Positions 1 through 13,499 of a stretch of 64,000 nucleotides of DNA are shown here, piece by piece (position 1 is the first letter of the stretch; every line of letters begins with the position of its first letter). Origin of the DNA: the human T2T-CHM13v2.0 reference genome, Homo sapiens. A program made the position numbers and the translations under genes. Under the pieces are notes generated by a model that was not told the origin of the DNA, ran no database searches, and worked only from the letters and a program-made list of their open reading frames with translations. The DNA is taken from the NCBI RefSeq assembly GCF_009914755.1, contig NC_060940.1, one strand, 5' to 3'.

Positions 1-1383
1 AGTCCAAACGATCATTCCGTTCGATTCCATTCAATGGTGATTCAATTCATGTCCATTCGATGAATCCATTCAATTCCATTCGATGATGACTCCATTCGAG
101 TACATTCGATGATTCCATTTGATTCCATTTGAAGATGATTCCATTCAATTCCATTCGAAGATGATTCCATTCAATTCCATTCGATGATGATTCCGTATGA
201 ATCCATTCTCTGATTATTCCATTCGATTCCATTCATTGACGATTCCATTCAATTCCATTCAATGATGATTCTCTTCTATTCCATTCGATGATTCCGGTCG
301 ATTCCATTCGATGATGATTCCATTAGATTCCATGCGATTGTTGCATTCGATTCCCTTCGATGATGATTCCTTTGAATTCCATTCGATTATCATTCCGTAT
401 GAATCCATTTGATGATTATTCCATTGGATTCCTTTCAATGATGATTCCATTCGATTCCATTTGATGATGTTTCTCTTGTATTCCACTGGATAATTCCTTT
501 CAGTTCCCTTCGATGATTATTCTTTCGAGTCAATTCGATGATTCTATTCCATTCCCTTCGATGATGATTCCATTTCACTCCATTTGATGATTCCATTCGA
601 CTCAATTTGGTGATGATTCAATTCGATGACATTCGATGACTCCATTCAATTTCATTTGATGATGATTACATTCGAGTCCATTTGATGATTGTATTCCTTT
701 CCTTTTGATGATTATTCCATTCGTGTCTATTCAAAGGTTCCATTCTATTCCATTCAATGATGATTGCATTTGATTCCATTCAATGATTATGGCTATCGAT
801 TCCACTCGTTGATTCCATTTGATTCCGTTCGATGATTATTCCGTTAGATTCCATTAGAAGACTCCATTCGATTTTATTCAATGATTCCAATGGATTCCAT
901 TCAATGATGATTCCATTCGACTCCATTCAGTGATTCCATTCGAGTCCATTTGATGATTCCATTCTTTTCCATTTGATGATGATTCCATTAGGGTCCATTC
1001 AATGATTCCATTCGAGTCCATTCGTTAATGCTTTTCGAGTCCTTTTGATCACTACATTCGAGTCCATTCAATGATTCTATTCGATTCCATTCCATGATGA
1101 TTCCATTCGAGTTCATTCGATGATTGCATTCGAGTCCATTTGATGATTCCATATGATTCCCTTCGACAATGATTCCATTCGTGTCCATTTGATGATTCCA
1201 TTCATTTCCTATCGATGAAGATTCCGTTCGAGTGTATTCGATGATTCCATTCAAATCCATTCGATGATGATTCCATTCCAGTCCATTCGATCATTCCACT
1301 TGATTCCATTTGATGACTATTCCATTCAAATCCATTTGATGATTCCATTCGATTCCATTCGATGTTACCATTCGAGTATATAC
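1..1383 (+). repeat. Divergent HSat2 block Z, copy 1 (5'-truncated by the window)
   Basis: Position 1 (agtccaaacgatcattccg) matches 34586 and 50670. Marker ORFs 47/259/988 recur at 34632/34844/35573 and 50716/50928/51657. The block ends at gagtatatac|gatga. Confidence 0.92.
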
Positions 1384-4300
1384 GATGATTCCACTCGATT
1401 CCATTTGATGATTATTCCATTGGAGTCCACTTAGTGAATCCTTTAGATTCTACTCGAAGATGATTCCATTCGAGTCCATTCGATGATACCATTCAATTCC
1501 ATTCGTTGATGCTTCCATTCAAGTGCATTCGATGATATCATTCGATTCCTTTTGATGATAATTCCATTTGATTCCATGCGATGATTCTATTCGATTCCAT
1601 TCAATGATAATTCCATTCAATTCAGTGATTCCTCTGGACTCCATTTGATGATGATTCCATTCAATGATTCCATTCGATTCTATTCGAAAATGATTCCATT
1701 TGAATCCATTTGATGATGATTCCATTGGATTCCATTTGATGATTCCATTCGATTCCATTCGATGATGATTCCATTCGATTCCTTTTGATGATTCCATTCT
1801 ATTGTATTCAATGATGATTCCATTCGATTCCATTCGATGATGATTGGATTCGATTCCATTTGATGATTTCATTTGATTCCATTCGATAATGATTTCGATC
1901 AATTCCATTCGATGATTCCATTCGATTCCATTCGATAATGATTACATCCGAGTCCATTCGATGATTCCATTTGAGCCCGTTCGATAATTCCATTTGAGTC
2001 CAATCAATGATTCCATTCATTTCCATTCAATGATTCCATTCGAGTCCATTTGATCATTCCGGTAGGGTCCGTTCGATGTTGATTCCATTGGAGTGCATTC
2101 GATGATTCCATTCGAGTCCATTTTAGGATTTGATTCGAGTCCTTTCGATGATTCCATTCGATTCCACTCGATGATTTCATTCGAGTCCATTCGACACTTC
2201 CAATCGATTCCATTTGATGTTTCCATTCGATTCCAATTGATGATTCCATTCAATTCCATTCGATGATGATTCCGTACGATTCCATTCTGTGATGATTCCA
2301 TGTGATTGCATTCAATGATGATTCCTTTCGATTGCATTCGATTATGATTCATTTCGTGTTCATTCTATGGTTCCACAGGTTTCCATTCGATGATGTTTCC
2401 ATTCGTGTCCATTCCATTATTCCATTCTATTCCATTTGAAGATGATTCCATTCGATTCCATTCATTGGTGATTCCACTCAATTCCATTCAATGATTCCAT
2501 TCCATTTCTTTCAACAATGATTCCATTAGTTTCTATTCGATGATCCACTTGATTCCATTTGACGATGATTCCATTCATGTCCATTCGATGATTCCATTTG
2601 ATTCCATATGATGATGATTCCATTCGATTCCATACGATGATGATTCCATTCGAGTCCATTCAATGGTGATTCCATTCAATTCCATTCGATGATTCCTTTC
2701 GATTCCATTCAATGATGATGGCATTCGATTCCTTTCGATCATTCCCTTTGATTCCATTCAAAGGTGATTTCATTCAAGTCCATTCGATAATTGCATTCGA
2801 TTCCATTCTATGATGATTCCATTCGAGTCCATTTGATGATTCCATTCAATTCAAGTCAATGATGATTCCATTCGATTCCACTCGATGATTCCATTGGATT
2901 CCATTCGATGATGATTCCATTCAAATCCATTCGATAATTCAATTCAAGTCCATTCGATGATGATTCCAATCGAATCCATTCAAAGATTCCACTCAATTCC
3001 ATTCGATGATGATTCCCTTAGATTCCATTCGATGATTCCACTTGATTCCATTTACGATGATTCCATTCGATTCCATGTGATGATTCCATTCAATTCTATT
3101 CAATGATGTTTCCACTTGATTCCATTCGAACATGATTGCCTTTGATTCCATTCAATGATTCCATACGGTTCCATTTGATGATGATTCCATTCGAGTGCAT
3201 TAGATGATTCCATTCGAGTCCATTCGATGATTCCATTCGATTCCATTCGATGTTGATTCTGTTCAAATCCATTCGATGATTCCACTCGATTCCATTCGAT
3301 GACTCCATTTGATCCCATTCGATGATTTCCTTTGATTCCCTTTGATGATCATTCCATTTGATTCAATTCGGTGATTTCATTTGATTCCATTCAGTGATGT
3401 TTCCATTCAACTCCTTTCGATGATGATTCCATTCGACTCCATTCGATTATGATTTCATTCAATTCCATTCGATAATGATTCCCTTCAAGTCCATTCGATG
3501 ATTCCATTCGATTCCATTCAACGATGATTTGATTCGTGTCCATTCGATGATTCCATTTGATTCCATTTGATGATGATTCCATTCGAGTCCCTTTGATGAT
3601 TCCATTCAATTCCATTCTCCGATGATTTCTTTTGAGCCCATTCAATGCTTCCACTCGATTCCATATGATGATGACTCCATTTGATGAAATTCCATGATGA
3701 TTCCATTCGCTTGCATTCGATGATGATTCCACTTGAGTCCGTTAGAAGATTCTATTCAATTACATTCCATGACGATTCTGTTCGAGTCCATTTGATGATT
3801 CCATTAGACTCCATTTGACGATGATTCCATTCGATGTTATTCGATGATGCTTCCATTCAACTCCATTCGATGTTTCCATTCGAGTTCATTCTATTATTCC
3901 ATTAGATTCCATTCGATGATGATTCCATTCGATTCCATTTGATGATTGCATTCTGTTTCATTTGATGATGATTCCATTCGAGTCCATTCGATGATTCCAT
4001 TCGAGTCCATTTAATGAATCCATTGGTTTCAATTCTATGATGATTACATTGGATTCCATTCGTTGATGATTTCATTCGATTCCATTCAATGATGATTCCA
4101 TTCAATTCCATTCAATGATTCCATTCAATTCCATACGATGATGATTCCATTTGATTTGATTCGACAGTGAGCCATTCGATTCAATTCCATGATGATTCTA
4201 TTTGATTCAATTGGTTGACATTTCCATTCGATTCCATTCGATGATGATTCCATTTGATTCCATTCAAAGATGATTCCATTCTAGCCCATTCAATCATTCC

Positions 4301-7237
4301 ATTCGATTCTATTCAATGATGATTCCATTCATGTCGATTTGGTGATTCCATTTGACTTCATTTGATGATGATTCCTTTCAAGTTCATTAGATGATTCCAT
4401 TCGATTCCATTTGATGATGATCCCATTCCAGTCCATTCAGTGATTCCACTCGTTTCCATTCCATGATGATTCCATTCCATTCCATTCAATGACTCCATTC
4501 GATTCCGTTTGATGATGATTTCATTCGAGTCCATTTGATGATTCCATTTGATTCCATTCGATGATGATTACATTCGAGTCCATACGATGATTCCACTCAA
4601 TTCCATATGATGATGATTCCATTCGATTCCATTCGATGATTCCATTCTATTCTATTCAATGGTGATTCCATTCGAGTACATTAGATGATTCCATTCGATT
4701 CCATTCAATGATGATTCTATTTGTGTCCCTTAGATGGTTCCACATGATTCCATTTCATGATGATACTATTTGAGCCCATCCAATGATTCCCTTCGTATCC
4801 ATTCGATGAGGATTCCATTCGATTCAATTCATTCGTGATTCTATTCAATTCAATTCTTTGATTCCATTCCATTCCATTCGACAATGATTCCATTCGATTT
4901 CTTTCGATGATTCCACTCGATTCCACTTGACATTGATTCCATTCGATTCCATTCAATGATTCCGTTTGATTCCAGTGGATGATGATTGCCATCGATTCCA
5001 TTCGATCACTCCATTCTATTCCATTTGATGATGATTACATTCGATTCCATTTGATGATTCCATCTGATTCTATTCGAGGATTCCATTTGATTCCATTCGA
5101 TGATGATTCCATTCGAGTGCATTCGATGATTTCATTCGAGTACATCCAATGATTCCATTCGAGTCCATTTGATGATTCCATTTAATTCCATTTGATTATG
5201 ATTCTACTAGAGTCCATTCAATGACTCCATTCGAATCCATTCAACAATTCCATTCGAGGCCATTCGATGATTCCATTTCATGATTCCATTCGAGTCCATT
5301 TAATCATTACAGTCGAGTCCATTTGGTGATTCCACTGGATTTCTTTTGATAATGATACCATTCAATTACATTTGATGATGATCCCATTCAATTTCATTTG
5401 ATGGTGATTCCATTAGAGTCCATTCGATGATTTCATTCGAGTCCCTTCATTGATTCCATCCGATTTCATTTGATGATGACTCCATTCGAGTCCATTCGAT
5501 GATTCCACTCGATTCCATCAGATGGTTCCATTGGAGTCCATTTGATTGTTCCATTCGATTCTATTCGATTCCTTTCGAAGATTATTCCATTTGAGTCCAT
5601 TCGATGATGATTCCATTCCATTCCATTCGATGATTCCGTTTGATTCCATTCGATGATTCCCTTCGATTCCTTTCTTTGATGATTCCATTCCATTCCATTC
5701 AATGATTCCATTCGAATCTATTCCATGATGATTCCTTTCGATTCCATTCGCTGATGTTTCCGTTCAATTCCATTCGATGATGATTCCATTCGATTCCATT
5801 CATTGAGGATTCCATTTGATTCCATTCAATGATGATTCCGTTCTATTCCATTCAATGATTGCATTCAATTCCATTCAATGATTATCCCCTTAGAGTAAAC
5901 TCAACGATTCCATTCAATACCATTCGATGATGATTCCTTTTGAGTCCATTCAATGATTTCATTCAAGTCCATTTGATGATTCCTTTCAATTCCATTCTAT
6001 GATGATTCCATTCGAGTCCATTCGATGATTCCATTCGATTGCATTCGATGATTCCATTATATTCCATTCAACAATGATTCCATTCGAGTCCATTCGATGA
6101 TTCCATTAGAGTACATTTAATGATTGCTTTGTTTTCAATTCGAAGATGATTACATTGGATTCCATTCTATGATACCATTCGATTCCATTCAATGATGATT
6201 CCACTCAAATCCATTGGATGATTCCATTCGTGTCCATTCGGTGATTTCATTAGATTCCATTCGAGGATGATTCCATTCGATTCCATTCGATGATTCCATT
6301 CAATTCCATTCGATGATGATTTCATTCCAGTCCATATGATCATTCCATTTGATTTCATTCGATGGATGATTCCATTCGATTCCATTCGATGATTCCATTC
6401 TATTCCATTCGATGATGATTCCATTCGAGTCCATTCGATGATTCCATTCGAGTCCATTTAATGATTCCATTGGGTTCAATTCAATGATGATTACATTGGA
6501 TTCCGTTCTATGATTCCATTCAATTCCGTTCATTGACAATTTGATTCCATTCGATGATGATTCCATTTGAGTTCATTCGATGATTCTATTCGATTCTCTT
6601 CGATGGTGATTCAATTCTATTATATTGGATGATTCCATTCGATTCCATTTGATGTTTATTCAATTCGATTCTATTCGATGATGATTCCATTGGATTTCAC
6701 TTGATGATTCTATTCGATTCCATTCAATGATGATTCACTTCTCGTCCATTGGATGATTCCATTTCATTCCATTCGATGATGATTCCATTCGATTCCATTC
6801 GATGATTCCATTTGATTCCATGCGTCGGTGAGCAATTCGATTCAATTCCATGATGATTCTATTTGATTCAATTAGATGATGTTTCCATTCGAATCCATTC
6901 CATGATTATTCCATTGGAATCCATTCGGCGATGATTCCATATGAGTCAATTCAATGATGATTCCATATGGGTCCGTTTGATGATAATTCCATTTGATTTC
7001 ATTTGGTGCTTCTATTCAATTCCAGTCGATGATGATTCCGCTGGAGTCCATACGATGATTCCATTTGATTTCATTTGATGATGATTCCATTCGATGATGA
7101 TTACATTGGATTCCATTCTATGATTCCATTCAATTCCATTCGTTGATGATTCGATTCCATTCAATGATGATTCCATTTGAGTTCATTCGATGATTCTATT
7201 CGATTCCGTTCGATGGTGATTCAATTCTCTTATATTG
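1384..7237 (+). repeat. Higher-order unit, variant A (5,854 bp)
   Basis: Marker spacing 1519->7373. Relative to the 6112-bp unit: +16, -3, +3, -72, -23, -170, -10 and a private +1 (gatggatgat near 6364). Confidence 0.9.
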
Positions 7238-7669
7238 GATGAATCCACTCGATTCCATTTGATGATTATTCCATTGGAGTCCACTTAGTGAATCCTTCAG
7301 ATTCTACTCGAAGATGATTCCATTCCAGTCCATTCGATGATACCATTCAATTCCATTCGTTGATGCTTCCATTCAAGTGCATTCGATGATATCATTCGAT
7401 TCCATTTGATGATAATTCCATTTGATTCCATGCGATGATTCTATTCGATTCCATTCAATGATAATTCCATTCAGTTCAGTGATTCCTCTGGATTCCATTT
7501 GATGATGATTCCATTCAATGATTCCATTCGATTCTATTCGAAAATGTTTCCATTTGAATCCATTTGATGATGATTCCATTAGATTCCATTTGATGATTCC
7601 ATTCGATTCCATGCGACGATGATTCCATTCGATTCCATTTGATGATTCCATTCTATTCTATTCGATGAT

Positions 7670-7865
7670 GATTCCATTCGATTCCATTCGATGATGATTG
7701 GATTTGATTCCATTTGATGATTTCATTTGATTCCATTCGTTAATGATTTCGATCAATTCCATTCGATGATTCCATTCGATTCCACTCGATGATGATTGGA
7801 TTTGATTCCATTTGATGATTTCATTTGATTCCATTCGTTAATGATTTTGATCAATTCCATTCGAT
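7670..7865 (+). repeat. 98-bp tandem duplication (2 copies)
   Basis: gattggatttgattcc...cgttaatgattt(c/t)gatcaattcc occurs with gg at 7700 and at 7798; it is single-copy in all other units. Confidence 0.9.
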
Positions 7866-10800
7866 GATTCCATTCGATTCCATTCGATAATGATTACATC
7901 CGAGTCCATTCGATGATTCCATTTGAGCCTGTTCGATAATTCCTTTTGAGTCCAACCAATGATTCCATTCATTTCCATTCAATGATTCCATTCGAGTCCA
8001 TTTGATCATTCCAGTAGGGTCCATTCGATGTTGATTCCATTGGAGTGCATTCGATGATTCCATTCGAGTCCATTTTAGGATTTGATTCGAGTCCTTTCGA
8101 TGATTCCATTCGATTCCACTCGATGATGATTTCATTCGAGTCCATTCGACACTTCCAATCGATTCCATTTGATGTTTCCATTCGAGTCCAATTGATGATT
8201 CCATTCAATTCCATTCGATGATGATTCCGTACGATTCCATTCTGTGATGATTCCATGTGATTGCATTCAATGATGATTCCTTTAGATTGCATTCGATTGT
8301 GATTCATTTCGTCTTCATTCTATGGTTCCACAGGTTTCCATTCGTGTCCATTCCATTATTCCATTCTATTCCATTTGATGATGATTCCATTCGATTCCAT
8401 TCATTGGTGATTCCACTCAATTCCATTCAATGATTCCATTCCATTTCTTTCAACAATGATTCCATTAGTTTCTATTCGGTGATCCACTTGATTCCATTTG
8501 ACGACGATTCCATTCGTGTCCATTCGATGATTCCATTTGATTCCATATGATGATGATTCCATTCGATTCCATACGATGATGATTCCATTCGAGTCCATTC
8601 AATGGTGATTCCATTCAATTCCATTCGATGATTCCTTTCGATTCCATTCGATGATGATGGCATTCGATTCCTTTCAATCATTCCCTTTGATTCCATTCAA
8701 AGGTGATTTCATTCAAGTCCATTCGATAATTGCATTCGATTCCATTCTATGATGATTCCATTCGAGTCCATTTGATGATTCCATTCAATTCAAGTCAATG
8801 ATGATTCCATTCGATTCCATTCGATGATTCCATTGGATTCCATTCGATGATGATTCCATTCAAATCCATTCGATAATTCAATTCAAGTCCATTCGATGAT
8901 GATTAAAATCGAATCCATTCAAAGATTCCATTCAGTTCCATTCGATGATTCCCTTAGATTCCATTCGATGATTCCACTTGATTTCATTTACGATGATTCC
9001 ATTCGATTCCATGTGATGATTCCATTCAATTCTATTCAATGCTGTTTCCATTTCTTTCCATTCGACCATGATTGCCTTTGATTCCATTCAATGACTCCAT
9101 TCGGTTCCTTTTGATGATGATTCCGTTCGATTCCATTTCATTATTCCATTTGATTCCATTGGATGAGTCCATTCGATTACATTCGATGATTATTCCATTC
9201 GAGTGCATTAGATGATTCCATTCGAGTCCATTCGATGATTCCATTCGATTCCATTCGATGTTGATTCTGTTCAAATCCATTCGATGATTCCACTCGATTC
9301 CATTCGATGACTCCAGTTGATCCCATTCGATGATTTCCTTTGATTCCCTTTGATGATCATTCCATTTGATTCAATTCGGTGATTTCATTTGATTCCATTC
9401 AGTGATGTTTCCATTCGACTCCATTCGATGATGATTCCATTCGACTCCATTCGATTATGATTTCATTCAATTCCATTCGATAATGATTCCCTTCGAGTCC
9501 ATTCGATGATTCCATTCGATTCCATTCAACGATGATTTGATTCGTGTCCATTCGATGATTCCATTTGATTCCACTTGATGATGATTCCATTCGAGTCCAT
9601 TTGATGATTCCATTCAATTCCATTCTCCGATGATTTCTTTTGAGCCCATTCAATGCTTCCACTCGATTCCATATGATGATGACTCCATTCGATGAAATTC
9701 GATGATGATTCCATTCGTTTGCATTCGATGATGATTCCACTTGAGTCCATTAGAAGATTCTATTCAATTACATTCCATGACGATTCCGTTCGAGTCCATT
9801 TGATGATTCCATTAGACTCCATTCGACGATGATTCCATTCGATGTTATTCGATGATTCCATTCGATCTCATTCGATGATGATTCCATTCAACTCCATTCG
9901 ATGTTTCCATTCGAGTTCATTCTATTATTCCATTAGATTCCATTCGATGATGATTCCATTCGATTCCATTTGATGATTGCATTCTATTTCATTTGATGTT
10001 GATTCCATTCGAGTCCACTCGATGATTCCATTCGAGTCCATTTAATGAATCCATTGGTTTCAATTCTATGATGATTACATTGGATTCCATTCGTTGATGA
10101 TTTCATTCGGTTCCATTCAATGATGATTCCATTCAATTCCTTTCAATGTTTCCATTCAATTCCATACGATGATGATTCCATTTGATTTGATTCGACAGTG
10201 AGCCATTCGATTCAATTCCATGATGATTCTATTTGATTCCATTGGTTGACATTTCCATTCGATTCCATTCGATGATGATTCCCTTTGATTCCATTCAAAG
10301 ATGATTCCATTCTAGCCCATTCAATCATTCCATTCGAATCTATTCAATGATGATTCCATTCATGTCGATTTGGTGATTCCATTTGACTTCATTTGATGAT
10401 GATTCCTTTCAAGTTCATTAGATGATTCCATTCGATTCCATTTGATGATGATCCCATTCGAGTCCATTCAGTGATTCCACTCGTTTCCATTCCATGATGA
10501 TTCCATTCCATTCCATGCAATGATTCCATTCGATTCCGTTTGATGATGATTTCATTCGAGTCCATTTGATGATTCCATTTGATTCCATTCGATGATGATT
10601 CCATTCGAGTCCATTCGATGATTCTATTCGAATCCATTTGATGATTTCTTTTGATTATAGTTGGTGATGATTCCATTGGAGTCCATTCAATGATTCCATT
10701 CGATTCCAATCGATGGTGATTCCATTAGAGTCCATTTAATGATTCCATTTGATTCCAGTCTCTGATGATTACATTCGAGTCCATACGATGATTCCACTCA

Positions 10801-11936
10801 ATTCCATATGATGATGATTCCATTCGATTCCATTCGATGATTCCATTCTATTCTATTCAATGGTGATTCCATTCGAGTACATTAGATGATTCCATTCGAT
10901 TCCATTCAATGATGATTCTATTTGTGTCCCTTAGATGATTCCACATGATTCCATTAGATGATGATACTATTTGAGCCCATCCAATGATTCCCTTCGATTC
11001 CATTCGATGAGGATTCCATTCGATTCAATTCATTGGTGATTCTATTCAATTCAATTCTTTGATTCCATTCCATTCCATTCCACAATGATTCCATTCGATT
11101 TCTTTCGATGATTCCACTCGATTCCACTTGACATTGATTCCCTTCGATTCCATTCAATGATTCCATTTGATTCCAGTGGATGATGATTGCCATCGATTCC
11201 ATTTGATCACTCCATTCTATTCCACTTGATGATGATTACATTCGATTCCATTTGACGATTCCATCTGATTCTATTCGAGGATTCCATTTGATTCCATTCG
11301 ATGATGATTCCATTCGAGTCCATTCGATGATATCATTCGAATACATCCAATGATTCCATTCGAGTCCATTTGATGATTCCATTTGATTCCATTTGATAAT
11401 GATTCTACTAGAGTCCATTCAATGACTCCATTGGAGTCCATTCAACAATTCCATTCGACTCCATTTGATGATTCCATTGGATTCCATTTGATGATTCCAT
11501 TCGAGTCCATTTAATCATTACAGTCGAGTCCATTAGGTGATTCCACCGGATTTCTTTTGATAATGATACCATTCAATTACATTTGATGATGATCCCATTC
11601 AATTTCATTTGATGATGATTCCATTAGAGTCCATTCGATGATTTCATTCGAGTCCCTTCATTGATTCCATCCGATTTCATTGGATGATGACTCCATTCGA
11701 GTCCATTCGATGATTCCACTCGATTCCATTAGATGATTCCATTGGAGTCCATTTCATTGTTCCATTCGATTCCATTCGATTCCTTTCGAAGATTATTCCA
11801 TTTGAGTCCATTCGATGATGATTCCATTCCATTCCATTCGATGATTCCGTTTGATTCCATTCGATGATTCCCTTCCATTCCTTTCTTTGATGATTCCATT
11901 CCATTCCATTCAATGATTCCATTCGAATCTATTCCA

Positions 11937-12050
11937 TGATGATTCCTTTCGATTCCATTCGCTGATGTTTCCGTTCAATTCCATTCGATGATGATTCCTT
12001 TCGATTCCATTCGCTGATGTTTCCGTTCAATTCCATTCGATGATGATTCC
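11937..12050 (+). repeat. 52-bp tandem duplication (2 copies)
   Basis: gctgatgtttccgttcaattcc at 11961 and 12013; single-copy in other units. Confidence 0.92.
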
Positions 12051-13499
12051 ATTCGATTCCATTCATTGAGGATTCCATTTGATTCCATTCAATGATGATT
12101 CCGTTCTATTCCATTCAATGATTGCATTCAATTCCATTCAGTGATTATCCCCTTAGAGTAAACTCAACGATTCCATTCAATACCATTCGATGATGATTCC
12201 TTTTGAGTCCATTCAATGATTTCATTCAAGTCCATTTGATGATTCCTTTGAATTCCATTCTATGATGATTCCATTCGAGTCCATTCGATGATTCCATTCG
12301 ATTGCATTCGATGATTCCATTATATTCCAGTCAACGATGATTCCATTCGAGTCCATTCGATGATTCCATTAGAGTACATTTAATGATTGCTTTGTTTTCA
12401 ATTCGAAGATGATTACATTGGATTCCATTCTATGATACCATTCGATTCCATTCAATGATGATTCCACTCAAATCCATTGGATGATTCCATTCGTGTCCAT
12501 TCGGTGATTTCATTAGATTCCATTCGAGGATGATTCCATTCGATTCCATTCGATGATTCCATTCAATTCCATTCGAGGATGATTCCATTCCAGTCCATAT
12601 GATCATTCCATTTGATTTCATTCGATGATGATTCCATTCGATTCCATTCGATGATTCCATTCTATTCCATTCGATGATGATTCCATTCGAGTCCATTCGA
12701 TGATTCCATTCGAGTCCATTTAATGATTCCATTGGGTTCAATTCAATGATGATTACATTGGATTCCGTTCTATGATTCCATTCAATTCCGTTCATTGACA
12801 ATTTGATTCCATTCGATGATGATTCCATTTGAGTTCATTCGATGATTCTATTCGATTCTCTTCGATGGTGATTCAATTCTATTATATTGGATGATTCCAT
12901 TCGATTCCATTTGATGTTGATTCAATTCGATTCTATTCGATGATGATTCCATTGGATTTCACTTGATGATTCTATTCGATTCCATTCAATGATGATTCAC
13001 TTCTCGTCCATTGGATGATTCCATTTCATTCCATTCGATGATGATTCCATTCGATTCCATTCGATGATTCCATTTGATTCCATGCGACGGTGAGCAATTC
13101 GATTCAATTCCATGATGATTCTATTTGATTCAATTAGATGATGTTTCCATTCGAATCCATTCCATGATTATTCCATTGGAATCCATTCGGCGATGATTCC
13201 ATATGAGTCAATTCAATGATGATTCCATATGGGTCCGTTCGATGATAATTCCATTTGATTTCATTCGGTGCTTCTATTCAATTCCAGTCGATGATGATTC
13301 CGTTGGAGTCCATACGATGATTCCATTTGATTTCATTTGATGATGATTCCATTCGATGATGATTACATTGGATTCCATTCTATGATTCCATTCAATTCCA
13401 TTCGTTGATGATTCGATTCCATTCAATGATGATTCCTTTTGAGTTCATTCGATGATTCTATTCGATTCCGTTCGATGGTGATTCAATTCTCTTATATTG

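Larger units (their letters stand above)
7238..13499 (+). repeat. Higher-order unit, type B (6,262 bp = 6112+98+52)
   Basis: Marker spacing 7373->13635; two private internal tandem duplications (98 bp and 52 bp). Confidence 0.9.

Noticed and set aside
4861-4879. Short pure (ATTCC)3-4 runs suggesting HSat3
   Set aside because: Only 3-4 pentamers at a few fixed positions per unit, explained by GA>CA-type changes within HSat2 monomers.
8896-9081. Recurrent plus-strand 61-aa ORF (MMIKIESIQRF...) in B units
   Set aside because: It recurs only because the unit recurs, and it exists through a chance 3-bp loss of a TGA-containing triplet; there is no coding signal.
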